Assembly (NCBI GenBank): GCA_963765085.1
Contig: CAVXVL010000037.1
Location: 29,852-93,851 of the forward strand
Source: Terriglobia bacterium
GTDB taxonomy: Bacteria > Acidobacteriota > Terriglobia > Bryobacterales > Bryobacteraceae
Reading direction: 5' to 3'
DNA: 64,000 nt
The notes beneath the pieces were generated by a model. The model did not search any database. It was not told the DNA's origin and saw nothing but the letters and a program-made list of their open reading frames with translations. Position numbers and translations under genes: made by a program. This document shows positions 26,660-35,723 of this stretch, in pieces (within the stretch, counting starts at the first letter, position 1; each line of letters starts with the position of its first letter).

Positions 26660-28333
26660 ATGCACCACAAAAAGCATAGGAAAGGCCGAGGTGTCCTCGT
26701 TGCGAGCTTCTGCACGGCGGGGCTCCTCGCTTTCGCTGCGCAGAACGTCGTTGCGCAACAAGTCGCCGCGCAGCCGCCAGCGGTCGAACAAACGGTTTCC
26801 GACCAGAGTTCGGCGGACGCCAAACTGGACGCACTCAAGAAGCGCGCCGCGGAACGAGGAGCCGCCGCGGAGAAAGACACAAAGGATCCGGTATTAGTGG
26901 CGGATGCCTCACCGGCGCCAGCCCCCGATGCCGATGCGCAAGCCGCCCCGCCCGCGGCTCCGCCGGCGGCCGCGCCCGCGGCTCCCGCCGTGGATAACGA
27001 CACGCCGTTCGCGTTCGCCGACTTTACGTGGATGCTTTCCAATCCGCGTAATCACGACGAAGTTCTCGATGGCAAGTATTATTCCGGTGAGTTCCGCATC
27101 GATACCAACTACATGTACGATCTGAATCACCCGATCGATCACACGCTCGGTGGCACCACCGAAGGTGAGCGCACCGGTGAATTTCTGATTCAGGCCGTCA
27201 ACGTCGGCGGCGACTTCCATGCCGGCAATATGCAGGGACGCATCCTAACGCAGTTCGGCGCTGTCTCCACCGCTGTCCCGCGCAACGATGCCAGCTATAG
27301 CTTGGGCCAGTGGCAGTTAAATGATGCCTACCGGTATATGACGGAAATGTATGCCGGCTATCACATCAACTACAAACACGGTTTAAATATTCAAGTCGGC
27401 GACTTTCTGTCGTTTATTGGTCTGTTCAGCTATTACAGCTTTGATAACTGGACCTATCAGCCGTCTTATGTGTCGTCGAACACGCCGTGGTTCTTCACCG
27501 GAATGCGCGCGCAGTTCTTCCCCACGAATAAGCTGAAGATCGAGCCGTGGCTCATCAACGGCTGGCAGACCTATGCCAAATACAACGGCCGTGAAGGCGT
27601 CGGCGGTCAGATACTTTACCGGCCCACCGGAAACTGGGACTTTGTATGGAACAGCTATACCCTCGGCCGCGATACTTTGGGCAATGATCAGCGCTCGCGC
27701 TACCACGCCGACTGGAGCCAGGAGTGGAAGTTTTACGAAAAGGCCGACGGAAAAGGTTTCCACCGCATGGCGACGACCATGACCGAAGATTTCGGTTGTG
27801 AAACCGGCGGTGGTGTCGCCTGCCGCGGCAACTGGAGCAAAGGCATCCCCGCGCAGAACTTCATCGGCATCATGGGGTATATGAAGATGTGGCTCGATAC
27901 CAAGGAACGCTTCGCCTTCAACTTTGGCGGCGGCGTGATGAATAACCCGGGCCGTTATCTCGTGCTGCTTCCCCCGATCAACGGGGCGACGGCCACCACC
28001 GGAACGCCATACTTCCCGGAAGCCCCGGGTCTGCCCTTCAAGGGCTACGATTTCCAGGTCAACTTCAGTTACATGCCGAGCCAGTGGGTTACCTGGATGT
28101 TCGAGTTCACGCAACGCGGTTCGACCGTCCCGTACTTTACCGGTTCCGGCGGTGTGACGCCGCAGGCGGTTCCCGGTACGTACGTAAACACCGGCAACCC
28201 TGGTTCGTATACCTGTAACGACGGAGTCGCGTCCGGCAGCGCCACCGGTTGCGGAGGCGACGGCGGCCTGTGGAGTCCGGATCTGCGCAAGCAGGAACGC
28301 CGGTTCACGATCGCCCTTCTGGTGAAACTGTAA
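26660..28333 (+). CDS. outer-membrane beta-barrel porin-like protein with Ala/Pro-rich N-terminal linker
   Basis: Signal peptide ...LLAFAAQNVVAQQ, low-complexity PAPAPDADAQAAPPAAPPAAAPAAPA, then ~430 aa of alternating beta-strand pattern rich in Y/W/G/N. RBS AAGGAAGGA lies upstream. Confidence 0.65.
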   Translation: MHHKKHRKGRGVLVASFCTAGLLAFAAQNVVAQQVAAQPPAVEQTVSDQSSADAKLDALKKRAAERGAAAEKDTKDPVLVADASPAPAPDADAQAAPPAAPPAAAPAAPAVDNDTPFAFADFTWMLSNPRNHDEVLDGKYYSGEFRIDTNYMYDLNHPIDHTLGGTTEGERTGEFLIQAVNVGGDFHAGNMQGRILTQFGAVSTAVPRNDASYSLGQWQLNDAYRYMTEMYAGYHINYKHGLNIQVGDFLSFIGLFSYYSFDNWTYQPSYVSSNTPWFFTGMRAQFFPTNKLKIEPWLINGWQTYAKYNGREGVGGQILYRPTGNWDFVWNSYTLGRDTLGNDQRSRYHADWSQEWKFYEKADGKGFHRMATTMTEDFGCETGGGVACRGNWSKGIPAQNFIGIMGYMKMWLDTKERFAFNFGGGVMNNPGRYLVLLPPINGATATTGTPYFPEAPGLPFKGYDFQVNFSYMPSQWVTWMFEFTQRGSTVPYFTGSGGVTPQAVPGTYVNTGNPGSYTCNDGVASGSATGCGGDGGLWSPDLRKQERRFTIALLVKL

Positions 28334-28347
28334 GTGTGAATGCAACC

Positions 28348-28379
28348 GTGCCGGAGCACTCGCAAGGGTGCTCCGGCAC
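28348..28379 (+). terminator. rho-independent-type hairpin after porin 2
   Basis: Perfect 12-bp stem gtgccggagcac / gtgctccggcac with loop tcgcaagg, 15 nt after the stop. The downstream T-tract is weak (acaaaacgttt). Confidence 0.55.
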
Positions 28380-28420
28380 ACAAAACGTTTCGAAGTGAAT
28401 CCATGTAAGGAGGCTCGTTT

Positions 28421-29137
28421 ATGTGCCACGTCTCGAAAGCATTTACGGCGACGTTACTTTCCTTCTCCGCAGTCGCCTTGATCGCCGCCGCCGATCCGTC
28501 CTGGCGCGCGAAGTCCATGGATCAGTGGACGGCGCAGGACGCCAAGCAGGTGCTCACGAATTCCCCGTGGGTGAAAACGACCACGGTGAAAGCATACATC
28601 CCCAAGAACGAGGATCAACTCCGGCAAGCCGGGCGCATGGGCGGAGGCCAAGGCATCGGACTCCAGGGTTTGGATCCGAAGGGTTTTCTTTTGGGCGCGA
28701 GCACAAAGCGAAATCGTCCCGAAGCGGGTCCTGTCAATGCGCTGCAGGTTCGTTGGGAGAGCTCGGAGGCGGTTCGGGCCGCGGAGTTGAAGCTCCCGAA
28801 CGAAAGCGCACCCGACGCCTGGAAGGGCGAGTATTATGCCATCGCGGTCTACGGTGTGCCGATCCCGCCGGAGGATTTGAGCAACGAGTCGAATAACTGG
28901 AATTTGAAGAAGCTCGCGACACTGAAACGGGACGGTAAGAAAGAAGTGGCGCCGATCAAGGTCGACGTCTCGGTGCAGACGGAAAAGCTCAGCATCGTCG
29001 TTTACTTTTTTCCGCGGAGCGCGGCCATTACAACGGACGATGATCACGTGGAGTTCGACGCCCGCATCGGACGGCTGATGTTGGATCAGAAATTCGACGT
29101 CAAGGAAATGCTGCTTGGCGACAAACTTCAGCTGTGA
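28421..29137 (+). CDS. secreted protein of unknown function, 'W-x2-D/E-A-x2-V-x-NSPW' family, paralogue 1
   Basis: RBS AAGGAGG; signal peptide. Conserved blocks shared with 29245..29967 and 48238..48990: WTAQDAKQVLTNSPW, RWES, YYAIAVYG, VVYFFPRS, RIGRL. Confidence 0.6.
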   Translation: MCHVSKAFTATLLSFSAVALIAAADPSWRAKSMDQWTAQDAKQVLTNSPWVKTTTVKAYIPKNEDQLRQAGRMGGGQGIGLQGLDPKGFLLGASTKRNRPEAGPVNALQVRWESSEAVRAAELKLPNESAPDAWKGEYYAIAVYGVPIPPEDLSNESNNWNLKKLATLKRDGKKEVAPIKVDVSVQTEKLSIVVYFFPRSAAITTDDDHVEFDARIGRLMLDQKFDVKEMLLGDKLQL

Positions 29138-29244
29138 GTGATTTTTGCCGTGGCGTTTGGACGCCGCTGCGGTAAAGTCGTAATTACACACATGGCGAGG
29201 CGTCTTCGGACCTTCGCCATGGACTGTTTAAAGAGGTATACGCT

Positions 29245-29967
29245 ATGTCTCACGTGAAATTGCCGTTCGTGTTGTCGCTTAGCGCCGTCCTTCTGCTCGC
29301 TGCCGATCCCGTTTGGAAGACGAAACCCGTTCCGGCGTGGACGGAACAGGACGCCGTGCAGGTTATCACGAATTCTCCGTGGTCGAAACTGACGACCGCG
29401 GGAATCGCGCGCCTCCAATCCGAAGACGAGCGCCGCGAGGGCGGAAATATGGGACAAGCCACCGGCGTCGGGTATGACGGAATCAATAACGGAAAAAAGC
29501 CCATGCCCAATGCTTCGAGCGTCTTCGGCGGGCCGAACGCCGACCCGAAGCGCACCGGCCAGGATACGTTTTACAAGCTGCGATTAGTGTGGGAGAGCGC
29601 GCTCCCGGTTCGCCTTGCCGAATTGAAGGCGCGCGACGTTGAACCGCCCACGTCGACCACCGAATGCTACATGCTGGCCGTCTACGGTGTTCCCGGAAAA
29701 TACTTTGTGGGCGATCCGCAAAAATTAGGGAAACCCCTGATCGAGGACGCGGTCCTCAAACGAGAGGGCCAAAAAGACGTAAAGCCCTTTAACGTGGAAG
29801 TTTTTCAGCGCGACAGCGGTCCCGTAGTCGTCTACATGTTCCCGTTGTCGGCCGAAATCTCAAAAAAAGACGCGTCTGTCACGTTCGAGGCAAAACTGGG
29901 ACGGCTCATCATCTCTCAGGTATTTAATTTGGCGGAGATGGAGTTTCAGGGGAAGCTCGAAATCTAG
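29245..29967 (+). CDS. secreted protein of unknown function, NSPW family, paralogue 2
   Basis: Tandem to paralogue 1. Blocks WTEQDAVQVITNSPW, VWESALPVRLAE, YMLAVYGVP, VVYMFPLS, KLGRL. Confidence 0.6.
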   Translation: MSHVKLPFVLSLSAVLLLAADPVWKTKPVPAWTEQDAVQVITNSPWSKLTTAGIARLQSEDERREGGNMGQATGVGYDGINNGKKPMPNASSVFGGPNADPKRTGQDTFYKLRLVWESALPVRLAELKARDVEPPTSTTECYMLAVYGVPGKYFVGDPQKLGKPLIEDAVLKREGQKDVKPFNVEVFQRDSGPVVVYMFPLSAEISKKDASVTFEAKLGRLIISQVFNLAEMEFQGKLEI

Positions 29968-30018
29968 AGAAAGGCAAGCGGCCGGATCTGGCGCCAACCC
30001 ATCAGAACCGAAATCCGC

Positions 30019-31638
30019 ATGCCTCCACAAAACGATCTGGAAGATCCAACCGACTCGCTCATTCCTGCGAGCCTGCGATCGCTTCTGGCAATCGGTTCGA
30101 ATCTTCTCGATTTCCCCGCCTCCGGCAGGCCCCGAGCTAACATAGAAGCAGGCCTAAAAATGGAGTTGGCAAAAGGGGGCGCCCCGTGGGATCGCGTCAG
30201 GCGCACATTGTATGGCATCGTGGCGGTGGTGCTTGCCACGGCTCTCTGTTTCCGGCTGCATTTAGGGGCGTCCGGAACCATCCCCGTATATCTGCTCATT
30301 GTTGTACTCAGTTCCCTGGCCGGCGATTTATTATCCGCCGCGATCATCTCCCTGCTCTCCGTGCTGTCGTTGGATTATTTCTTCACTAGCCCGCTTTTTT
30401 CCCTGCGCGTGAGTAATCCGACCGAAATCCTGGCGTTGCTCTCTTTTGCGATGACGGCTTTGGTGATTACGCGTCTGGTGACGCGCGTGCGCGCGGAAGC
30501 GGAATCGGCCAGCCTTCAGAAGGACCGGCTGGACCGGTTGTATCAGCTCTCCCAGCAGCTTCTGGCATTGGAACCGGGCGATGCCGCAAGCCCCACCTTT
30601 CTCGCTCCATTCCGCCGCCTTTTCAACGTAAACGCAATTAGTATTTTCGATGCGGGGACGGGAGACCAGCACCTTGTGGGAGAATCGCGTTTTGGACTGA
30701 CGGAGAAAACGCGTCAGGCCTATCTACAGGCCCGCGATTTTGAAGATCGAACCGCGGGCATCGCCGTTCGGTGCGTCCGCGTGGGAGATCACTTGATCGA
30801 AGCGATCGGATTCGAAGGGCTTCGTCATCCGGATGAAACCGCCGGCCCGCTTACGGCCGTCACGGCGACGCTGCTCGCGCGCATTCGGGCGTTTCGTAAG
30901 GAGAGTTCCGCATCGGCCGCCGCACAAACGGAAATGTATCGCTCCGCCGTACTGGATGCCCTGGCCCACGAATTTAAGACGCCCTTGGCTACCATTCTGG
31001 CGGCCATAGGGGGCCTGCGCGAATCGGGTCCGTTGGCGCAAGAGCAAGTGGATATGGCCGATACCGTGGAGAACGAAGCGGCGCGCCTGGGAAGTCTGAC
31101 TTCGCGGCTGCTCAGAACAGCGCGGCTCGACAGGGAAGATATTAAGCCACGCATGGAATGGATCGATCTGGCGGCTCTCGCGGCAAAAGTCGCGGTATCC
31201 TACGCCGCCCGGTCGTCGGACCGCGAAATAAAAGTGGCGTCCCACGAGCCGGTGCTGGTGCCCGCGGATCCGGAGTTGCTGCAGTTGACGGTGGGACAAC
31301 TGATCGAAAACGCCTGCAAGTATTCGCAACCCGGTTCGATCGTTCGCGTCGGTCTGGAGGTTATGGGTGATTTCGTTTCCTTGAAGGTGACCAACACCGG
31401 GAGTTCGATATCCCCGCACGAACGGCGGCGCATTTTCGATCGCTTCTATCGCGGTGCGGACGCCCGGCGCTCGACGTCGGGCTCGGGTTTGGGATTGTAC
31501 GTGGCACGCAAAATCGCGATCGCTCACGGCGGCGCTCTGGATCTGGAGACCGGAACACAAGTTGAGGATAACGTGACATTTTCGTTGAAGTTGCCCTACG
31601 CCGCGCAAGGAATGGAATATGCCGCCGCAACAGAATAG
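30019..31638 (+). CDS. DUF4118-GAF-HisKA-HATPase sensor histidine kinase (KdpD C-terminal-type)
   Basis: Paralogue of 13484..15022. H-box LAHEFKTPLATI, N-box LIENACKYS, G-boxes DRFYRG and GSGLGLYVA. Overlaps the RR gene by 20 nt. Confidence 0.9.
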   Translation: MPPQNDLEDPTDSLIPASLRSLLAIGSNLLDFPASGRPRANIEAGLKMELAKGGAPWDRVRRTLYGIVAVVLATALCFRLHLGASGTIPVYLLIVVLSSLAGDLLSAAIISLLSVLSLDYFFTSPLFSLRVSNPTEILALLSFAMTALVITRLVTRVRAEAESASLQKDRLDRLYQLSQQLLALEPGDAASPTFLAPFRRLFNVNAISIFDAGTGDQHLVGESRFGLTEKTRQAYLQARDFEDRTAGIAVRCVRVGDHLIEAIGFEGLRHPDETAGPLTAVTATLLARIRAFRKESSASAAAQTEMYRSAVLDALAHEFKTPLATILAAIGGLRESGPLAQEQVDMADTVENEAARLGSLTSRLLRTARLDREDIKPRMEWIDLAALAAKVAVSYAARSSDREIKVASHEPVLVPADPELLQLTVGQLIENACKYSQPGSIVRVGLEVMGDFVSLKVTNTGSSISPHERRRIFDRFYRGADARRSTSGSGLGLYVARKIAIAHGGALDLETGTQVEDNVTFSLKLPYAAQGMEYAAATE

Positions 31639-32365
31639 CGTGTTGATTGTGGATGACGAGTCGTCGCTGCGAACGGCCCTGCGCAGCTCGCTCACGGCGA
31701 GCGGATTTGCCGTGGGCGAGGCGCGCAATGGAGAGGAAGCTCTGGGGACGGTTCAGCATACGCCGTTCGATCTGGTCCTCCTCGATATCAATATGCCGGG
31801 GATCAGCGGTCTGGATGCGTGCCGCCGATTGCGAGAGATGGCTCCCACGCTAGCCATCGTGATGGTCACCGTCCGCGAGCTGGAAGATGACAAGGTCCGT
31901 GCGTTGGAAGCGGGCGCCGACGACTACATCACGAAGCCTTTTCGCTACCGGGAACTGACTGCTCGCTTGCGCGCGGTTCTGCGCAGAACCCGCACTCAAC
32001 CGGCGGCGGAACCCTCCCCTATCTTGGAAGCTGGCGAACTGAAGCTCGACGTCGAGAAGCGCCTGCTGTGGAAGGGAGAAGAACAGATCCGTCTCTCTCC
32101 CACCGAATTCGAGCTGCTCACCTTCCTCATGCGCAACGAGAACGCACCGCTCACGCACGCGAAGCTGTTACGCACGGTGTGGGGGCCGGAAAAAGGCGAG
32201 GAGCTCGAATACTTGAGATCCTACGTCCGGATGCTTCGCAAAAAAATCGAGGATGATCCAGGCAAGCCGCAATACATCTTGACCGAGCCCTGCGTCGGAT
32301 ATCGCTTCCGCAATCCTTCCGATCCGGACGCACCGGCGGTACCGATCGAGGGATCGGACTATTAG
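31619..32365 (+). CDS. OmpR-family response regulator, KdpE-like
   Basis: Receiver domain plus winged helix LSPTEFELLTFL...VWGPEKGEELEYLRSYVRMLRKKIEDDPGKPQYILTEPCVGYRF, close to the E. coli KdpE pattern. Confidence 0.9.
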   Translation: MPPQQNSVLIVDDESSLRTALRSSLTASGFAVGEARNGEEALGTVQHTPFDLVLLDINMPGISGLDACRRLREMAPTLAIVMVTVRELEDDKVRALEAGADDYITKPFRYRELTARLRAVLRRTRTQPAAEPSPILEAGELKLDVEKRLLWKGEEQIRLSPTEFELLTFLMRNENAPLTHAKLLRTVWGPEKGEELEYLRSYVRMLRKKIEDDPGKPQYILTEPCVGYRFRNPSDPDAPAVPIEGSDY

Positions 32366-32384
32366 CGTTCGAACGGCGCGAGAG

Positions 32385-32585
32385 CTAGGGTTGAACTTTG
32401 CGAATCAAGCTGCCGGATTTTGCGCGTTCTTCCGGAGTCTCGCGAATGAACTCGTGACTGGAGCTTACCGGCGGCTTCGGACTTGGTCCTTTGCCGACCT
32501 TTTCCGCGATGGCCCGATTCTGTGCGATGCGTGCGGCGGTTCGTTCCGCGGGAGTCATCAAATGAAATGGTTTGCTCGTAGCCAT
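32385..32585 (-). CDS. small hypothetical protein (66 aa)
   Basis: Internal ATG 32585 (MATSKPFHLMTPAERTAARIAQNRAIAEKV...) with an AGGGGA/GGAG-like RBS upstream. The longer ORF-track versions have implausible N-termini. Confidence 0.3.
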   Translation of the reverse strand: MATSKPFHLMTPAERTAARIAQNRAIAEKVGKGPSPKPPVSSSHEFIRETPEERAKSGSLIRKVQP

Positions 32586-32780
32586 AAAGTCCCCTTGCTC
32601 CAGTGCGCGGATACGCTCCCAGTGTAAGAGGAACCGCCTGCGGTGCGCAACGAACGATCCCCTTCGCCGACCCCACGTTCCGTATCCGAAATGTTTTCCG
32701 TAGAGGCGTGAGTCGGGTGCGAAGGATCTGATAAAATCGTGTGCGTCGCTGCCCGATCCGACGAACAAGGAGCATGCACA

Positions 32781-33275
32781 ATGAGCAACATCGCACTGAA
32801 GGTCAACGGCAAAATGCACGCGTTGGATGTCGACGCTTCGACGCCGCTGTTGTATATACTACGCAACGACCTTGGCCTGCAAGGTCCGCGCTTTGGCTGC
32901 GGACTGGGCCAATGCGGAGCTTGTACCGTCATCGTGAACGGCGCGGCCATCCGGTCGTGCGTCACGCCGGTGTCGGCCGTGAAGACTGAGGTCACGACGC
33001 TCGAAGGAATCTCGAAGGACGGCAAGCTGCACCCGTTGCAACAGGCCTGGATCGAGGAGCAGGTCCCGCAGTGCGGCTTCTGCCAGAACGGCCAAATCAT
33101 GACGGCCAAGGCGATGCTCGATAAGAATCCGCATCCCACCGACGCGCAGATTCGCGAAGGCATGAATCGGACGCTGTGCCGGTGCATGACTTATTACCGG
33201 ATTCAGGCCGCCATAAAGCGAGGGGCAAAAATCATCGCGGAAGCACACGACGCAGAGAAGGCGGTGGTGGCATGA
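32781..33275 (+). CDS. (2Fe-2S)-binding small subunit of an aldehyde oxidase/xanthine dehydrogenase-family enzyme (IorA-like)
   Basis: ATG 32781 after AAGGAG. Two cluster motifs: GCGLGQCGACTV and CGFCQNGQIM...CRC. Confidence 0.9.
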   Translation: MSNIALKVNGKMHALDVDASTPLLYILRNDLGLQGPRFGCGLGQCGACTVIVNGAAIRSCVTPVSAVKTEVTTLEGISKDGKLHPLQQAWIEEQVPQCGFCQNGQIMTAKAMLDKNPHPTDAQIREGMNRTLCRCMTYYRIQAAIKRGAKIIAEAHDAEKAVVA

Positions 33276-35662
33276 CAACTTTTACCAGCGTTCCCAGACA
33301 GGTCGAAGAAGAACTCGAGAAGCACCTCGTCACGCCGTCGCGCAGGGACTTCCTCAAGAGCGCCGGACTGCTCGTCGTCAGCTTCAGCGCCGCAGGCACA
33401 GGTGCGCTGGTCACGCAAGCGGACGCGCAAACTCCCGCGGGCTCTCCAGGAGCCGGTCCCTATCACGACCCCGACTTTCATCAGCTCGATTCGTGGATTG
33501 TGATCCGTGAGGACAACACCGCGACCTTCTACGTCGGCAAGACCGACTGCGGTCAAGGCACAGGCACGTCGTTCCGTCAGCTGATGTCGGATGAGTTGGA
33601 CATCGCCTACGATAAAACCGCGTGCGTAATGGGCAGCACGGACATCACGGTGGACCAAGGCGGGTCGGGTGGTTCGACAGCGATGGAAAGAGATGCCTGG
33701 CCGATGCGCCGGGCCGCTGCCGAGGCGCGCCGTGTGCTTTTGGAAATGGGATCTACCCGGCTCGGCGTTCCGGTCGATCAGCTGACCGTAAACGCCGGTG
33801 TCATCGCCGTCAAAGCTGATCCATTAAAGAGCGTTACCTACGGACAACTGATCGGTGGAAAGAGATTCAACGTCACGCTGACAGGGAAAGACGTCAACGC
33901 AGCCACCGGCATCGCCAAAGTCAAACCGGTGCAGGACTACCAGATTGTCGGCCAGTCTCCGCAGCGTTACGATATTCCCGCGAAGGTCGATGGATCGCTG
34001 AAATGGGCCGTGGACGTGAAGCTCCCCGGGATGGTTCATGCGCGCAACGTGAAGCCGCCCGTCGCCGGCGCGAAGCTCGTCAGTATCGACGAATCGTCCG
34101 TGAGCGGGTTGCCCGGCTTCGTAAAGGTCGTCAGTAAGGGCAACTACGTCGCGGTCGTTTGCGAGCGTGAAGAACAAGCGATCAAGGCCGCCAAACAACT
34201 GAAAGCGAGCTGGGAGAAGCCGGCCTCGGCGCCGTTCCCTGCCTCCGAAGACCTGTTCACGTATATGCGGAGCGTCACGCCCACGTCCAGCGGCACGCCG
34301 ATCGTGGTGGGCAATCCGGAATCGGCTTTTGCCGGCGCGGCGCAAGTGATCGAAGCCGACTACGATATCCCGTTTCAGGGCCACACGGCGTTCAGCCCGG
34401 CGCATGCCATGGCCGATCCATCGAACGATCTCATGACGATCTATTCGAACGACATGAAGTCTTACGGAATGCGCCGCGGCGTCGCGACCTTTTTGGGCAT
34501 GCCGCAGGATCGGGTCCGTGTCGTCTGGATGGAAGGCCCGCAAGGTTTCGGACGCACTGCCGCTGAGGATGCCGGATGCGAGGCGGCTTATATCGCCAAA
34601 GAGATCGGCCGGCCGGTTCGCATGCAATGGATGCGCGACGAAGAGACCGCCTGGGACACGAAGGCCCCGGCGTTTACGGTGAGAATGCGTGGAGCATTAG
34701 ACGCCGCAGGCAACTTGGTGGCTTACGACTATAACGGTCGCGCGGCGGACTACAATCACCTTGGCTATAACGAGCCAGACACAGTGCTGATCGCGCAACT
34801 CATGGGAATGCGCCGCACTACGCCGGCAGCCGGTAGCGCGTCGACGCCTTCGGACGTGTACGCGATCCCCCATCGCCAGATGACCAGTCATGTGGTGAGC
34901 TTGCCGTCGATCTGGGAGACGCCCGTTCGCACCGGAAACCTCCGCGATCCGAACGGACCCCAGGCAACCTTCGCGTCCGAATCTTTCATCGATGAACTCG
35001 CGGCGGCGGCGAAGACCGATCCGCTCGAATTCCGCATGAAGATGCTGATGGCCGGGAAAAATGACGACAACGCATTTCGGCGCGCACGGTCGATCGCCGT
35101 CCTCAAAACGGTGGCTGAAACCTACGACTGGGATTATCGCTCTTCGCCAAAGCCGCGCGGAGATGGAGATATTCTAACCGGCCGTGGCGTCGGCTACGCC
35201 TTCCGCAATCAGACGGTGGTGGCCGAGATCGCCGAGGTGGAGGTGAATCGCCGCACCGGTCATGTCTGGGTGAAACGGCTGGTCTGCGCCCACGACTGCG
35301 GGTTGATCGTCAATCCGCAATCCCTGCGTCACACCATCGAATGCGCCATGCTCCACTCCGTGAGCCGCACGCTCCACGAAGAAGTGCAGTTCAACACCGA
35401 AAAGGTCACGAGCGTGGATTGGAACTCGCATCCCACTCTCACGCACGCCGACACACCCGAAAGGATTGACGTCGTGCTGGTGAACGGCGATCCCCATCCG
35501 ACGCGGTCCGACCTCGCTCCCTATGGAGCCGGCGAAACGGCTTGTAAACCGCTGCTCGCGACAATTGCGAATGCAATCTACGATGCCACGGGCGTCCGGC
35601 TCCGCCGCGTGCCCTTCCGCCCGGCGCGCGTGCTCGCCGCTTTGCAAACAGCGCGCGTTTGA
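33272..35662 (+). CDS. molybdopterin-binding large subunit (IorB-like), Tat-exported
   Basis: ATGA overlap with the small-subunit stop. Twin-arginine leader SRRDFLKSAGLLVVSFSAAG. About 800 aa aldehyde oxidase/xanthine dehydrogenase Mo-binding architecture. Confidence 0.9.
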   Translation: MTTFTSVPRQVEEELEKHLVTPSRRDFLKSAGLLVVSFSAAGTGALVTQADAQTPAGSPGAGPYHDPDFHQLDSWIVIREDNTATFYVGKTDCGQGTGTSFRQLMSDELDIAYDKTACVMGSTDITVDQGGSGGSTAMERDAWPMRRAAAEARRVLLEMGSTRLGVPVDQLTVNAGVIAVKADPLKSVTYGQLIGGKRFNVTLTGKDVNAATGIAKVKPVQDYQIVGQSPQRYDIPAKVDGSLKWAVDVKLPGMVHARNVKPPVAGAKLVSIDESSVSGLPGFVKVVSKGNYVAVVCEREEQAIKAAKQLKASWEKPASAPFPASEDLFTYMRSVTPTSSGTPIVVGNPESAFAGAAQVIEADYDIPFQGHTAFSPAHAMADPSNDLMTIYSNDMKSYGMRRGVATFLGMPQDRVRVVWMEGPQGFGRTAAEDAGCEAAYIAKEIGRPVRMQWMRDEETAWDTKAPAFTVRMRGALDAAGNLVAYDYNGRAADYNHLGYNEPDTVLIAQLMGMRRTTPAAGSASTPSDVYAIPHRQMTSHVVSLPSIWETPVRTGNLRDPNGPQATFASESFIDELAAAAKTDPLEFRMKMLMAGKNDDNAFRRARSIAVLKTVAETYDWDYRSSPKPRGDGDILTGRGVGYAFRNQTVVAEIAEVEVNRRTGHVWVKRLVCAHDCGLIVNPQSLRHTIECAMLHSVSRTLHEEVQFNTEKVTSVDWNSHPTLTHADTPERIDVVLVNGDPHPTRSDLAPYGAGETACKPLLATIANAIYDATGVRLRRVPFRPARVLAALQTARV

Positions 35663-35723
35663 TCGAAGGCGTTTCGGCGAGACACAGGAAAATTTCAGCG
35701 AACGATCAGGAAAGTGTCGACGG

